Shown here in pieces: positions 51,101-63,654 of a stretch of 64,000 nt of DNA. Below the pieces are notes generated by a model, which ran no database searches, was not told where the DNA came from, and worked only from the letters and a program-made list of their open reading frames with translations. The position numbers and the translations under genes are program-made. The stretch comes from Vitrella brassicaformis CCMP3155. Lineage: Eukaryota > Protista > Chromerida. The number at the start of each line of letters is the position of its first letter. Position 1 is the stretch's first letter. The DNA is taken from the NCBI GenBank assembly GCA_001179505.1, contig CDMY01000329.1, positions 1-64,000 of the forward strand, read 5' to 3'.

Positions 51101-54100
51101 AGAGACGACACTCGTCGGCTTCTTCTCGGAGAATGCCACACTTGATGAGTGCACAAGGTGCGCCAGCATGCACATAATTCGCGCACCCACCGCACTCCTC
51201 GAGTCATCTGTTGTGTCTAGCTGCTTGTGTGTAGCTGTCCACATGACAGCCAATATGAAGGGGCGGCGTCAAGAAACACTGACGGCCAATACATCTGCAG
51301 ATACAAGTACATGCATGAGCTGGGCGAGCTACGCACCCGCCATGTCTGTCTTTTTGCAGGGCCACGGGTGACGCTGACGGCCGGCCGGTGCTCTACCAAT
51401 TCAGCGATATAATCGAGGACCTCAACTCCAACCTCACCGCCACCGAGGGAGAGAAATCTCTCATACAGGTCGCACAAACACAGACAGACAGACAGACAGT
51501 CCCCTGATGTGCAAAAACGATCGCTGTATTGCTATGGATGTGGGCAGGTGCGTTTGGGTGCAAAGGCGGCATTTCCCACTAAAGTGCCATATCTGGTGGC
51601 CCTCGACCCCGACCAGGGCAATGAGGAGTTTGTGCACGTGGTTCATGCGTCAGAGCCCGATGCATCAAACTATCAGAACCTGACCATACAGGCCATCACC
51701 GGCAGCTCGTTTCGGTGAGTGGGCGGGAGCGAACGCAGCGACTTCTGTACTGACTACGCACAATCATTCTTGTTTTTGGTTGCTTGTTTTGTGTCAGTCA
51801 GAATCACTTTGCTGCTGGGCATGTAGTGTCGGCGTTTTCTGACGATTTTCAGGGTGAGCGGATACAAGCACATGAGACACACACAGATGTCTTGTTCTGA
51901 CAACAGACATCATTGTGTGGCTTGAAGAGAACACGCCTTTCCCTGAGACAGGGTGAGTGAACACACAAGACAGGATTATTGCACGCAACATACCAATGTC
52001 CTCATCGCTTCTGTCTGCAGCCCGTTTAGTGTCCAGGTGGACTCCACGGAATTCGACATCCTGTCCGCATCAACAGGTACAAAGCTCCATGCTCAACATA
52101 GGGAGCAGAGACCGCTTGCCTGCTTCTGATGGCGTCTACAGGTGACGGTAAATCGCTGCAAGCCCTCAACATCAACGTGAAACCACCCCTGCGAGCCGGC
52201 TACACGGGCATCACTGTCCGCAAGGCTGTGGCTAACGTCATCCCGACCGGTGTCACTTTCCTGGACTTCGCCGGCGGGTGGGTGGACTCCCAGCCAGAGG
52301 ACGAGTGTCTCCCCGACTATGAAAGGACAACGACACCGACACCGCCTGGGCCGCCGGGGGCGCAGGAAGGCTGTGACGGTCTGCACGACGGGTGGATCGT
52401 AAGCTGGCTGTCAGGAGATGATATGTTTCAGTAGTGCTGAGCCTGTGTGTCTGGATGGCTCCATGTAGGTGATTGATGCGGTTGGGATGGGCAACATGGA
52501 CAGTAAGTAGGCAGCTAGGAGAGGGAGACGGCTGACCGGCTGGTCTGTCTGCATTGCATTGCATGCAGTGAATGGTACTTTTCTGCTGATTCGCTACTCG
52601 GGTGGAATCGGCACCAGGGGGATGGAGCTGCGTCAAATCGAAAAGTGAGCAAGGCCATCCATACATAAATATGAGCTCCGATGCATTCTCCCTGTTTGCA
52701 GAGTGTACCAGTGGCAGTGGCCGATGATGAATGGCGGGAGCCTCATCTACCTCACACCGGAGTGGAAATGCGACCCGTCGCTCTTCCTGTAAGTGCACGG
52801 GCGAGCAAGGCTCTCTTCTTTCATATTCGTGTCCGTTTCAGGGACGATCTGTGTCATTGCGGGTGCGGTCGCTTTGACCCTGACTGTGGTGGACCGGAGG
52901 GAAGGCCACAGGCATTTGCGCAGCGCTTGTCGTGAGTGAGCCCGCAGGCCAAAGCACACACAAGCTATTCCATACGAACTGGCGTCCTCTCTAATGCTCA
53001 TTGTCCTGCAGGATGTTCGTCGACAAGGAGGAGATATCCCAGTGGGCCCGCATCCAGTGTGACGACCCAGACAGGATCATTATGACCGGCACGCTGGGAC
53101 CCGTCACGTGCGCCGAGCTTCGAGCCAATCACTCAGTCGCGTTTCGGTACTGCCAGGCTGTCACGGGCGAGCCCACCGATCAGCAGATGGACATGCACGT
53201 GCCTGACGTCGGTCTGGGGCCGATTGGGTCATACTTCACCAATCCTGACGGCACGCTCACGTACTATCACCGAGTACGATACAGATAGGAGGACGGAAGG
53301 AGACACCAGCGGAAGGATTGTGTGCGTGTGCAGAAATTGTGGGAGGTAATCGAGATCCACGAGCCTGTCCGGCAGGACCGCGAAGCGGGCACACGAGTGG
53401 AGACCATCGCCATCAACACACATATGACCACTGACGAGTTTGAGAGTACGTAAACGTACGGCGTCTTACGGCGTCTACCTGCTTGCGACACTGTGTCTTC
53501 TCTGCGTGTGTCTCCCCCAAGAGGCGTACGACACGGGCTACCTGGATGAGACCAGAGACCAGTCTGGCATGGCCACCCGGCGGCTGCTGTACCCCTCGTC
53601 CGTCACCGACACACCATCGGAATCCGCACACCAAGTGACGCAAAAAGGGAGGGACACAGGAGCCTACGCGATCTCGCATGGATCGTATGTGTGCCAGGCC
53701 CACAGGCGGCTTTCCACCATGGCGGCACCTGTCGACTATGAGATGATGTACACTGCCGTCTCCAGTGCGAGTGAGCCTTTCGGGAGACAGCATCTCTGGC
53801 GAAGGCTGCAGCAGCCACCAGCACCACGAGAAGGCGACCACATCAACCCTACCGAGGCACCCATTGATGAGCAGGAGCACATTCAGCCCCCAGCCGATCC
53901 GACCAAGTCACCGCGCCACGCACCGAATGAGCCACAAACAGATGACAAGGAGCTTTACGCCTTTGCCCAGCCACCAACCGGAGCGCCTCAGGACACCACC
54001 AGCGACTGTTCGAGGCTCTGTCAGACCGAAGTTGACGAGTGTGTTGGGGCGGACATGACCAAGGACCAGTGCCGTTCGATGCTTGAGGAAGGCGGGCTGC

Positions 54101-57100
54101 TGCAGCAGTGCGGGAGCCAGTTTGAGACATGTTGGGAGCGGGCGCAGCCGCATGACATCGAGGAAGGCGACGATCCCTGCAGCCAAGACCCGGACCTCTG
54201 TGAGGCGCTGGGCATCCCTGACGAGTGTCTGGGTGGTGGGAGGTGCGACGTGGCTGGCGGGATCGACAACCCTTGCAGCGACGAGAGACAGGTGTTCAAC
54301 CCTCGCACAACCAAATGTGCCCTCTTCTGCGACCTCAACCAAATTCCGACACTGGATAGGTGAGCTGCATAATTGCAACACGCCGATCGATCCACATCCG
54401 GGCGGATGTGATTGCATAGGATATGTGCAGTGGATGAGCGGGCGACCCAGAATCCATCAACGCCCGTGTCGGATCGGTACGCAACACACATACAGACATG
54501 TCATCGTATGTCTGTGGTATGGCGTGCATGCAGCCTCCATTTTGAGGGCATCGAGTACTTTGACGTGTTGGCCAACTACGACACCTTCACCACTGCCCTC
54601 AAGAAAGACATCGCAGCCGTGGCCAACATTTCCCTCTCCCGCATCTCCATCGACGCCCTCGTCGAGGGATCTGTGCAGGTCACATTCACCTACCTTCCTT
54701 ACAGCGGACCTGGCAGTGCGGCCGACTACAAGACGCCTACCGGCATCAAGGCGATGATGGATGCCCGGCGACCGTATCTCTATGCGTTCACAACCACGAC
54801 ATACCTCAAGGACGCTGACCCCTGGTTCGGCACATCAGCTCCCGGCCCGCCGTCTTCTGGGTCTGAAATGATAGATTTCGAGTCTATCACTGAGTCGCTC
54901 ATGCAGTCGGAGGCAGACAAAATCCCAGATGTCACTGTCGTGTCGGTAGGCTGGCTCATCCGTCAAGGGGAGAGGTTGCGTGAGTGATCCTCTTGTGTGT
55001 CTTCAGGATGAGATTTTCACATTGTCCGAGGTGTCGCTCATCCGCAGTGAGGAGGATGAGTACCTCCCGGAACATCGCTATCTCCCCAACTACTACGAGG
55101 CAACGGAGAGCCCAGCCGTGCTCGATTTGCAGGTGTGAGACACATACCGCAGACGCCCTGTGATGTTGACCATCCATATCTCATTGTCAGCTGGCCACCT
55201 TTCTGACGCCCAAGAGGAAGGAGCCATCGGTGAAGCTCCTCTGTCCACATATGGCGGTGTCTCCCGCCGACAGCGATGCAGCAGCCAACACGACGATTAT
55301 TTCGACAGGCTGTTCCAAAGACCGCAACACGCCGTTCCGCCAGGACAACGAATACGACAGAGACGTCAATGCCTATGGCTATCTGGCTGGCGAAGTAGGA
55401 ACTGGGAAGGATGGGTGACGGTGTGCAGAACGGGACAGAAGGTTGTGTATTGCTATGCAGGGGACGCCTCAGCAGTTTTGGGGCAAGTGGAAGATCCTGG
55501 ACGGATTCCAGTGGTATGTGCGCGAGTCCAGCTGCAAGAGCGCCATGTTCGACGAATGCAACTGCGCCGAGTTCGACAATCTTCCCACCGGCCACTATCG
55601 CCTGACGTGCAACAAGGTCATCTACCCGACGCGTGTGTTCCAATACGAGGCAGGTATCCCCCTCAACCACAAGTGGGTCTTCCCCTCATCGCGCACCGAG
55701 TCCATCCAACACAAACCTGAATATGAAGTGAGGTCTCGCTTCTGGCCCGCTGAAGCCCCGAGACATGTTGCTGTTTGTCTGTCTGTCTGTCTGCTTGCCT
55801 CTCTGTGTGTGCAGCTGGATTTTCACACGGATTACTTCTTCACCTTCGACCAGTCAGTGCTCGAGGCCGAGAGGTCCTTTAAGGCCAGCGCCCGTCCCGG
55901 CGGCGACATCTACCAGGGCTCTCGTGTGGTGTGGATCGGGGAGCCATTTATCAAGGGCTTCCTATTCTGCGACACCAACCAGGTCACTGACGTGATACAC
56001 ACGAATGAATCCATCCGTCCGTGCGTGTGCGTGCGTGTGTGCAGGGGACGGCCTTGGAGAGAGAGGAGGCGTTGAAGGTGTGTGGCCAGCGGGTGGGCAC
56101 TGACACGTACCAGAACTACACCATACCGCCGCCCGCCAATCCTCCTACAGCCACACTCGATCTCATGCTCCGCATCAACAAGAAGAGAACCAAAGAGCTC
56201 GTTGACAAGTTCAGGCCAAAGTACGGAAGCGACACCTGTTCCCACCAGCTATTCTCACCTGTTATTTCTGGTATTGCACAGGCATTGGCCGAGGTCGGAC
56301 AGCAGGCATTATAAGGAGCTAATTGAGAGCATCGACAAGTTTTCGATGGACATCCGTCATGCGATCAGCAGCATATCCTCTGCCGAGGACCGGAGCATCC
56401 CCCTGGTCCCTGGCACTCAATATTTCATCGTCATCTACCTGGACCTTTACCCCATCTATGAAAAGGTAGACACGCAGAGACACACACTTATAGCCAGCAA
56501 TGTGGGAGGCGGAATGGCCGTTGTCTGTCTGTCTGTGTGGCTGACGTCACATCAGAATGTCCTGGGCCGCTCTCGACTCAAGTCGTGGACTGTCTCTGTG
56601 AGCGACGTCACGGGCACAACCGTCCCACTCGACTACGCAAATAGATACCAGGTACAAGGAGAGACAGTCGGAGACAGGTGTCCACCCGCCCCTTTGTGCC
56701 TGTCACGTTCCAGAACCAAGTGCGTATAGCCGTGCACATCAACTCCAATCGCCGGCTGATCGAAAAGCAGAACTACGATATTCCATCATTCCTCAGCGAC
56801 CTGGGAGCCTGGATGGGGATATGGGCCATCGCGATCGCAGTCCTATTCTCCTGGCAGCTGATCTTTAAGCCTTTTGGCAACATCTCCCCGATGGAGGCTG
56901 ACGACAGATATGAACACAAGTGGAAGAAACAGGAGGAGGCCCACTCGAAGAGAGTGGTCAGCCCGACATCACAAACACACAGTCGATTCGCGTGTCTCAT
57001 CAGTGTCTTTTTCTCTGGTTGGTTCTCGCCAGCTCAAGCTGCGCGAGAATGCCTTCAAGCTATGTGACGTCAGCCTCGAGACGGGCGACAACACCCAGAC

Positions 57101-57554
57101 GAACGCCAATGCTGCTGCCCCTGCGCAAGCACAACCAGCATCCCAGCCGCAGCCAGCAGACACATCAGCCCCGACAGACCAACAGCAGCAACAGCCTGAC
57201 GTCACATACCAGCTGCAAGAGCTCGGCAAGGCGCTGAACCTCCCACCAGGTGGCCAGGCGATCGTGGTGGTACATCAGACACACCCAGCCCCCACACCAG
57301 CACCAGCACCGCCAGCAGCCGCGCCATCGGCAAGTGATCCCGGCCCGCCCGACAGTCAGAACAAAGAGGCTGAGCAGGGTGAAAAGGTGAGCCGTGACGC
57401 GCCTGACGGCCCTGGTCAGGACTCAATAGAGATGGCCATACGTGATTTTAGGCTCGATACTGCTGGTGGGGGGGGAGGGGGTGGGGAGGTGGGCGCGTCA
57501 GTGCCGCTGCCGGGGGCCGTGGACAGGCACGACACAGAGAGCGGGGGGAGATGA
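48197..57554 (+). CDS. Very large two-transmembrane protein (ENaC/P2X/ERGIC-like topology) with Cys-rich and SEA-like extracellular modules
   Basis: In-frame splicing YH|RNPPVCRCPCWKRYYE|PYDD..IFD|RMGDRNIFTSPSALPQT|GMGSIVSIAALLLLLILFINA (TM1). About 8 kb of exons with no evident further TM. Then IEKQNYDIPSFLSDLGAWMGIWAIAIAVLFSW (TM2) and a Q/P-rich tail. The start may be ATG 48260. Internal exons not all checked. Confidence 0.6.
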
Positions 57555-58260
57555 GGGGAGTCGGGAGACAGAGGCCACCTGCATGTCTGTCTCTCCTGTT
57601 CTCTCTTATCGGTTTGAGGGCTGCTTTCTTTCGGAGGTTTGTCGGGGTGCCGCGCTTTTCTCAGCAAGGCAGTGACTTGAGCCCACCTCTGTCTCTGTTG
57701 GTGTTCTTGTGCGCAGCAGAGAGTCTGCCAGAGATACGTATCGAATCATTAGGATGTGGCTCGCTGGGGCCAGCCAAAATCGACACACACACACACACAT
57801 CGATACATGCAGTCACGTCGTATGTACTCACATGGTCATTGTCTTGTCAGTCTGTCTACAGATGTCTCGCAGAGCTATCGCTGTCGCGATTTCGCTACAC
57901 ACACATTCACGCACACGCAATTAAAAGGCACCGCCCCCCTCCCCCAATCCCCCCCTTAAACACTCAACACCACACACGCGTCACACCCCACTGACATGCA
58001 GCAGATAGCAGCGGAGGTCACTTTCAGTGCATTCCCCCTGCCAATGCATCATCTCAGCTTGGCACGCCTACGCAAAGTGGATCCACCCAGCCATGTATGT
58101 GAAAAAACCGAGAGGAGAGAGAGCTGTACAAACAAGACAGCACAGCAGCACAACGACACCATGTAGGTAGGTGCCTACGAAACGTGACTAACGTAGTAGC
58201 CTTGGTCGGTCAGCTATTGGCAGCTGCCGTCGTCTACTGGTCGGCCACATGGTCAGAAAG

Positions 58261-61200
58261 CTACGCTGCGGCAGGCTGGGCGTGCGCGTGTGGTGTATCC
58301 TCCCCGACGACCGTCTCCTTGACGTGCTGCGCCTTCCGGCGCTCCAGCGTGTCGACATCCTCGTCGAAATGAGCCAGCTGTACACACATGCATACATACA
58401 TATATCAGACATTCGATCAGCACGTGGCTGGTGTGTGCATGGATGTGACGGCACTGCATCCATCCATCCATACCTTCCAGTTCAGGACGGTGTCTGCGAG
58501 GCCCTTGGTGAGGGTGTTGGTGCCAGAGCCGAACACCGCCGCCTGCATCCCGATCGCCAGCTGACCAGATCATGCACAGACAGACAGACAGACAGAGAGA
58601 GAGGTGTGTGCACCACATGAACATGCAAGAAGCCGGTCACCTTGGCTATTTGTCGTCCCGAGAATCCCTCGGTGCGCTTGGCCACCATGTCCCAGTACTC
58701 GTCGTCCAGCGCCGCATCGACAACGATCTTCCGGCCTGGGGAAATGATTGGTTGAATGAGGACACGACAACAGGTACAGGGATCCTTGTGCGTGTCCGTC
58801 TGGCATTGTACCTCTCTTAGTGGGAGTGTAGATGTACTCGTCGACAAACATCTTGACCATCTTACGCCGACCCTCCAAATCTGACTCACGCACACACATT
58901 GACCCACAGGCCACATTTGTCAATAGACAGACCGATGGGCCGGGCCGGCTTCCCTCTCTCTCGCTAGCTAGTGCAGTGCGGTGCGCTCACCGGGCAGGGG
59001 GAACTCGAATTGTTCGTCGACACGGTCGAGCACGGCTCTGTCCATGACCTCACGCACGTTGGTCGCCAGCACCACACAGAAGTTGGTCGTCTCAGTGCCA
59101 GTGTGATGCAGAAAGGCCTACCACACACATGCACCACACACGTCGACGCAGAGATGGGCGCAGAGACACAGAGGAGGCGCACTGACCGAGAGGCAGTTTC
59201 TGAGTTCCTCCGACATGGTGCCCTCGCCCATTCTGCCGCGCCGCAGGAAGGCGTCAGCCTCGTCGATGAACAAGATCAGCCCTGAGAGAGGCGCACACAT
59301 ACAGATAGATGTATAAGCTGACTGACTCGCTGGCCGCCTGTGGTGAATGGAGTTTGCAATAATCGCCTGGCCTGCCTTTTCTGGAGCTGTTGGCCCATCT
59401 GAAGAGCTTGTTGATCTCGTTGACCGCGTCCTTGCCTGACCACGCACCACCACAGACAGACGCGTTGTCACCTCCCTCCCTGCCTCCTCCCAGCCAGCCT
59501 CTTTCTCACCGAGCGGCCCGATGTCTCCGCCCGTCATGATGGCATAGTCGAGACCAGAATTGCGCGAGATACTGCACACCACACGACACACACACATGAC
59601 ATACATGGTCAGCAGGTTTATTGCCCCCCCTGCCTCTCTGATTGCATTGCGCGTACGTCCGTGCGAAAAGGGTTTTGCCGGTCCCCGGGGGGCCGTAGAG
59701 GAGAAGGTGTCTGAACGGCGTGCCGTTCCTCTTGGCGTTGACCAGAGAGTTAGACGTCCACTCCAGCCTGCATACCATACACACAACACACGTGGCTGGG
59801 TGTCACCCAGCTGTCCTTTCTCTCTGTCTGTTCAGTGCACGGACTGACCTCTCTGATAGTTCTGCGGGCAGCACGATTTTCTCCTGGAAGCTCGGCCGCC
59901 GCCACAGCCAACCCAGCAGATAACTCCTCCACGCACGCTGTATACACACACACGAGAGCCACCACACCAGGACTGTGCGTGTGAGTGTGTGAGTGTGTGT
60001 GTGCGTGTGTGTATACATTGAAGCTCCATCTGGATGTCTCGCGGACGAGAGGCGGCTTGCCAAGGCGGGACTCCTGCACACACACGGGTTGCAGACAGAC
60101 AGACAGACAGACAGCGATGGGTGGGGCAGTTGGTGTTGGGTATGCCTGTGGGTAGGTATGTGGTTACTTACAATGTATCTGCCGGCGATTTGAGTGCCCA
60201 CACGCGCACCGTAGATGCCTGAGTGCCCACCACACACACGCTTTGGTTGGGGCACGCGGGGTGGGGATTTGTGTGTTGATCGATGCATCCATCGATCCCA
60301 TACCTACCTAGTGCAGCAGCGGTGATTCCTCCGACCACAGTGGCGAGCCGCGTCTTGTCCTCGATGAGGCTGTTGAACGCTGAGTAACACACAGAGAGAC
60401 ACATACACACACACACACACACGGGTGTCCCATCCATCCATCCATCCATCCATCGGGGCACCCACCTCCGCCGATGGATCCGAAAATGATTTGTAGCTGC
60501 TCCATCTTGGTCTTGCGCTCCTCGGCAAACCTGGCCCGCAGACTCCTCAAATGCACATCGGCATTCTCACGCTCCTGTTTCACACGGGCGGCTGCCTCCT
60601 CCTGCAACCAGCCACACACTCAGACGAGACGGCGGCAGGCAGATTGTGCAGACAGAAGACCAGATAGATGTGTGGATCATCCATCTACTCGACGCACTTA
60701 CCCTGATTTTCTGGAGCTCGGTTTCCCTGTCCAGCCTGGCCTGCTCCGCCTGACGCCGCCGCCGCGCCTCCTCCAGCTCCAACTCTGCACGCGCAACACA
60801 CACACACACACACACACGCACGTCTGAGTGGTCGTGGGTCTGTCTTGTGTCACTACCGGTGTTGAGTGCGAGTCAGTCGATTCGTACGTACGTACCATTT
60901 TTCTTTCTGAGTTCCTCTTGCCTGAGGAACTGCTGGTGCTGCTGCTGCAGCCACTCCTCGTTCTGCTTCTTCTGGTCCTGCAGCTTCTTGGAATACGCCT
61001 CACTACATCAAAACATCATTCAGTGATTGAATGAATGAAGGGCAAGACAAGACATGATGGATGGATGGCCGAGTGGGAGGGATATGTGGTCTGTGCTGTG
61101 TGCTGTGTGCTCGCTTCCTTCCTGCGTTGCTTACGCCTCAAGCTGTGCCTTGTATCTGGCGGTTTCCCGTTCCCTGTCGTGTTGGTGGTCGACAGTCTTC

Positions 61201-61792
61201 CTCTTCTCCTCCGCCTCCATGTGTGTCCGCTCCTTGACCGCCTGTGCACGGGCCGTCGCCAACTGATGAATGAACCAGTCAAGAAATGGAATGGACAACA
61301 ACCGACACAACCAACACAACCAACACGGGAACCGATGTCGACGCATTGTGATGGGTGACATGACAGACATACCTCTTCCATCTGTTTCTGCAGTTCCTTC
61401 TGCTTGGTGGCTTCCTGCATCTTGGTGACCTCGAACGCCTTGCCGGCATTGGGCGAACTGTCCAGCTCCTTCAGAGCCTTGGCGCCGCGCTCAAGCGCCG
61501 TGGGGTCAACTGCATCAGCCAACCACACGGACAAAGACACAGACACATAGACAGACAGACACAGACAGATAGACAGACACGTGTGAGCGTAGTGCAAGCT
61601 GGCTGTGATAGATCTCCATGGTGGCAGTGCGTGTGGTGCATGGCATGCAAGGGCCGTCAGCTCACATCGGCCAGTGATATTATCCCCTTCCTTGTCCCCC
61701 TTTCCAGCCGGCATCCCGCCGGCAGGAGCGGCCACTGGGGGAGCTCCGCCGCCAGACGGCGGCTTGCCGCCACTTAGGCTTGGGAAATACAT
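58261..61792 (-). CDS. ATAD3: Mitochondrial ATPase family AAA domain-containing protein 3
   Basis: DPTALERGAKALKELDSSPNAGKAF, ERENADVHL, LARPPLVRETSR, PFRHLLLYGPPGTGKTLFA, GLDYAIMTGGDIGPLG, LFIDEADAFLRR, GFSGRQIAK. Confidence 0.95.
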
Positions 61793-61912
61793 GGTCCTGG
61801 AGCTGATCTGCTTCTCTCTGACCGAGATCTCCTCTCACGCTAAGCTCGCCAACCTTTACGCTCGCAGATCTGGGAGGCGAAACCGCTCTGTGGGAAAGAG
61901 GCGTCTCTCGAG

Positions 61913-63654
61913 ATGCAGCTGCGGCTCCTTCTGTCTGCGGTTGCATTGCCTGCATTCATTGCCGCTGGGAAACCATCCGATGCCAATCGCCCTGTGGTCA
62001 TTGCCGGCGGCGGGCCGGCCGCCCTCGCCTCGGCAGCCATGCTCGCCCGGCGAGGCTTCGCCAACATCCACTTGCTGGAGAAGATGACGAAAGATGAGTA
62101 TCTGCGAGCGACAGACAGAAGCTATGCCATGGGTGTCTCTCATCGAGGACAGGCTGCATTACAAGACCTCGGCTTCGACCTCGATTGCCTGGAGAGAGAA
62201 GCTGCCGTCACTCCCAGCAACGCGACCATCATCCGGCCAGACGGCCTTGAGGTTGTGGTGAACATGTCTGCCGGAGGACGAAGGAGGTCTCGCTCGCCGC
62301 CAAACCGGCTGCTGACGCGGCAGACGCTTACTCGACTCATGTACCGAGACCTGATGGCGCGTTTCCCTCGAATCAAGATGACCTTCGGTGCAAAGGTGGT
62401 GGGTTGCAATGTGGCCAACCTTGACCACCCATCCAAAACCGCCACAGTTCGCTACCAGCTCGACTCAGAGACGGCGCCGCGGGCGATTGGTGATGCGCAG
62501 CTCATCATCGCGGCAGACGGAGCCAACTCACGGATCGCTGCCCATGTCGCCGAGGTATGTGTGGGTGCTGGGTGGGCACATTTGCAAACACCACGGTCGG
62601 TTCTATCATGCTATCATGCGTTGCCGCGTGTGTGTGCCAACAGGTCGACCCCTCCTTCCAGCAGCACCAACTTGCTAGCGAAGGACGGTTTGCCGGGGGT
62701 CTCGACAGGCGATACAAGGTCATCGCATTCCCGCCGGCATTCGATGTCGACGTGACAACAACAAGGAGAAGGGGCGTGCTCGGCCGACGGCGGGCAGAGG
62801 AGAAAAGCGCCACACTGCACATAGTCCCCAGCGGGTCGGTGCTGATCCGGCAAGACCCGACAATGTGCAGAGGACCGACGGACCGGCTGCTGCTCTACAT
62901 CTTCCAGACGGTGGCCAAGTACTCCCGAGTGGGCATGATTATCGCCCACAAGGACCATCCCATCCTGCACTGCACCTCAGCTGAGAAGTTCTACACGGTG
63001 CTGCAGCGGTATTTCCCTCAGTGGCGCAACGTCCGCCAGGCCATCAGCAGGAGTGAAGCCGAGCGCTATGTGAAGAAGCGGGTGGGTCACTTCCAGCCGC
63101 CGCGGCACTTGAATCGGCTGCATGTGCGTCAGCGAGTGGCGTTTGTGGGCGACGCTGCACACTCCTTCCCGCCTGACCTGGGGCAGGGGGCCAATGCCGC
63201 TCTCGAGGTGCGGGGCGCGGGGAGGGCAGAGAGGGGAGGACTGGGAGGCTGTCATTCTGTTCGTGTGGTGTCTGTACTGCTGCAGGATGTGGTCGTGTTG
63301 GATCGCTGTCTCAGAGAGACCAACAACTGCCTTGCAGAGGCTCTGCCTCTCTTCTCGCGCCAACGAGCCCCGGACGCACACGCCATTGCGCATCTCGCTT
63401 GGCGGTTCAAGATGGGCGGCAGCTCCACACCACTGCTGCAGCGAATCCGGTGGCGCACCGACTTCGTGCTCCGGCTGGCCCTCAGCCGCCTGCTGCCCTT
63501 CCTCTTCTCGCCGCCAGTTTTCTTGATGATCGGCGAGAGAGGGTTGTCTTACACTGAGGTATGGAAACGCGCCGAGAGGGCCGGCCGGAGGATGCGGTAT
63601 GCGGCTGTGCTGGTGGCTGCGGCACTGGTGAAGGCCCTGCTGCTGTTGGTGTGA
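61913..63654 (+). CDS. FAD-dependent monooxygenase, kynurenine 3-monooxygenase-like
   Basis: VVIAGGGPAAL Rossmann motif, IIAADGANS, VAFVGDAAHSFPPDLGQGANAALEDV, C-terminal hydrophobic anchor. Confidence 0.88.
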
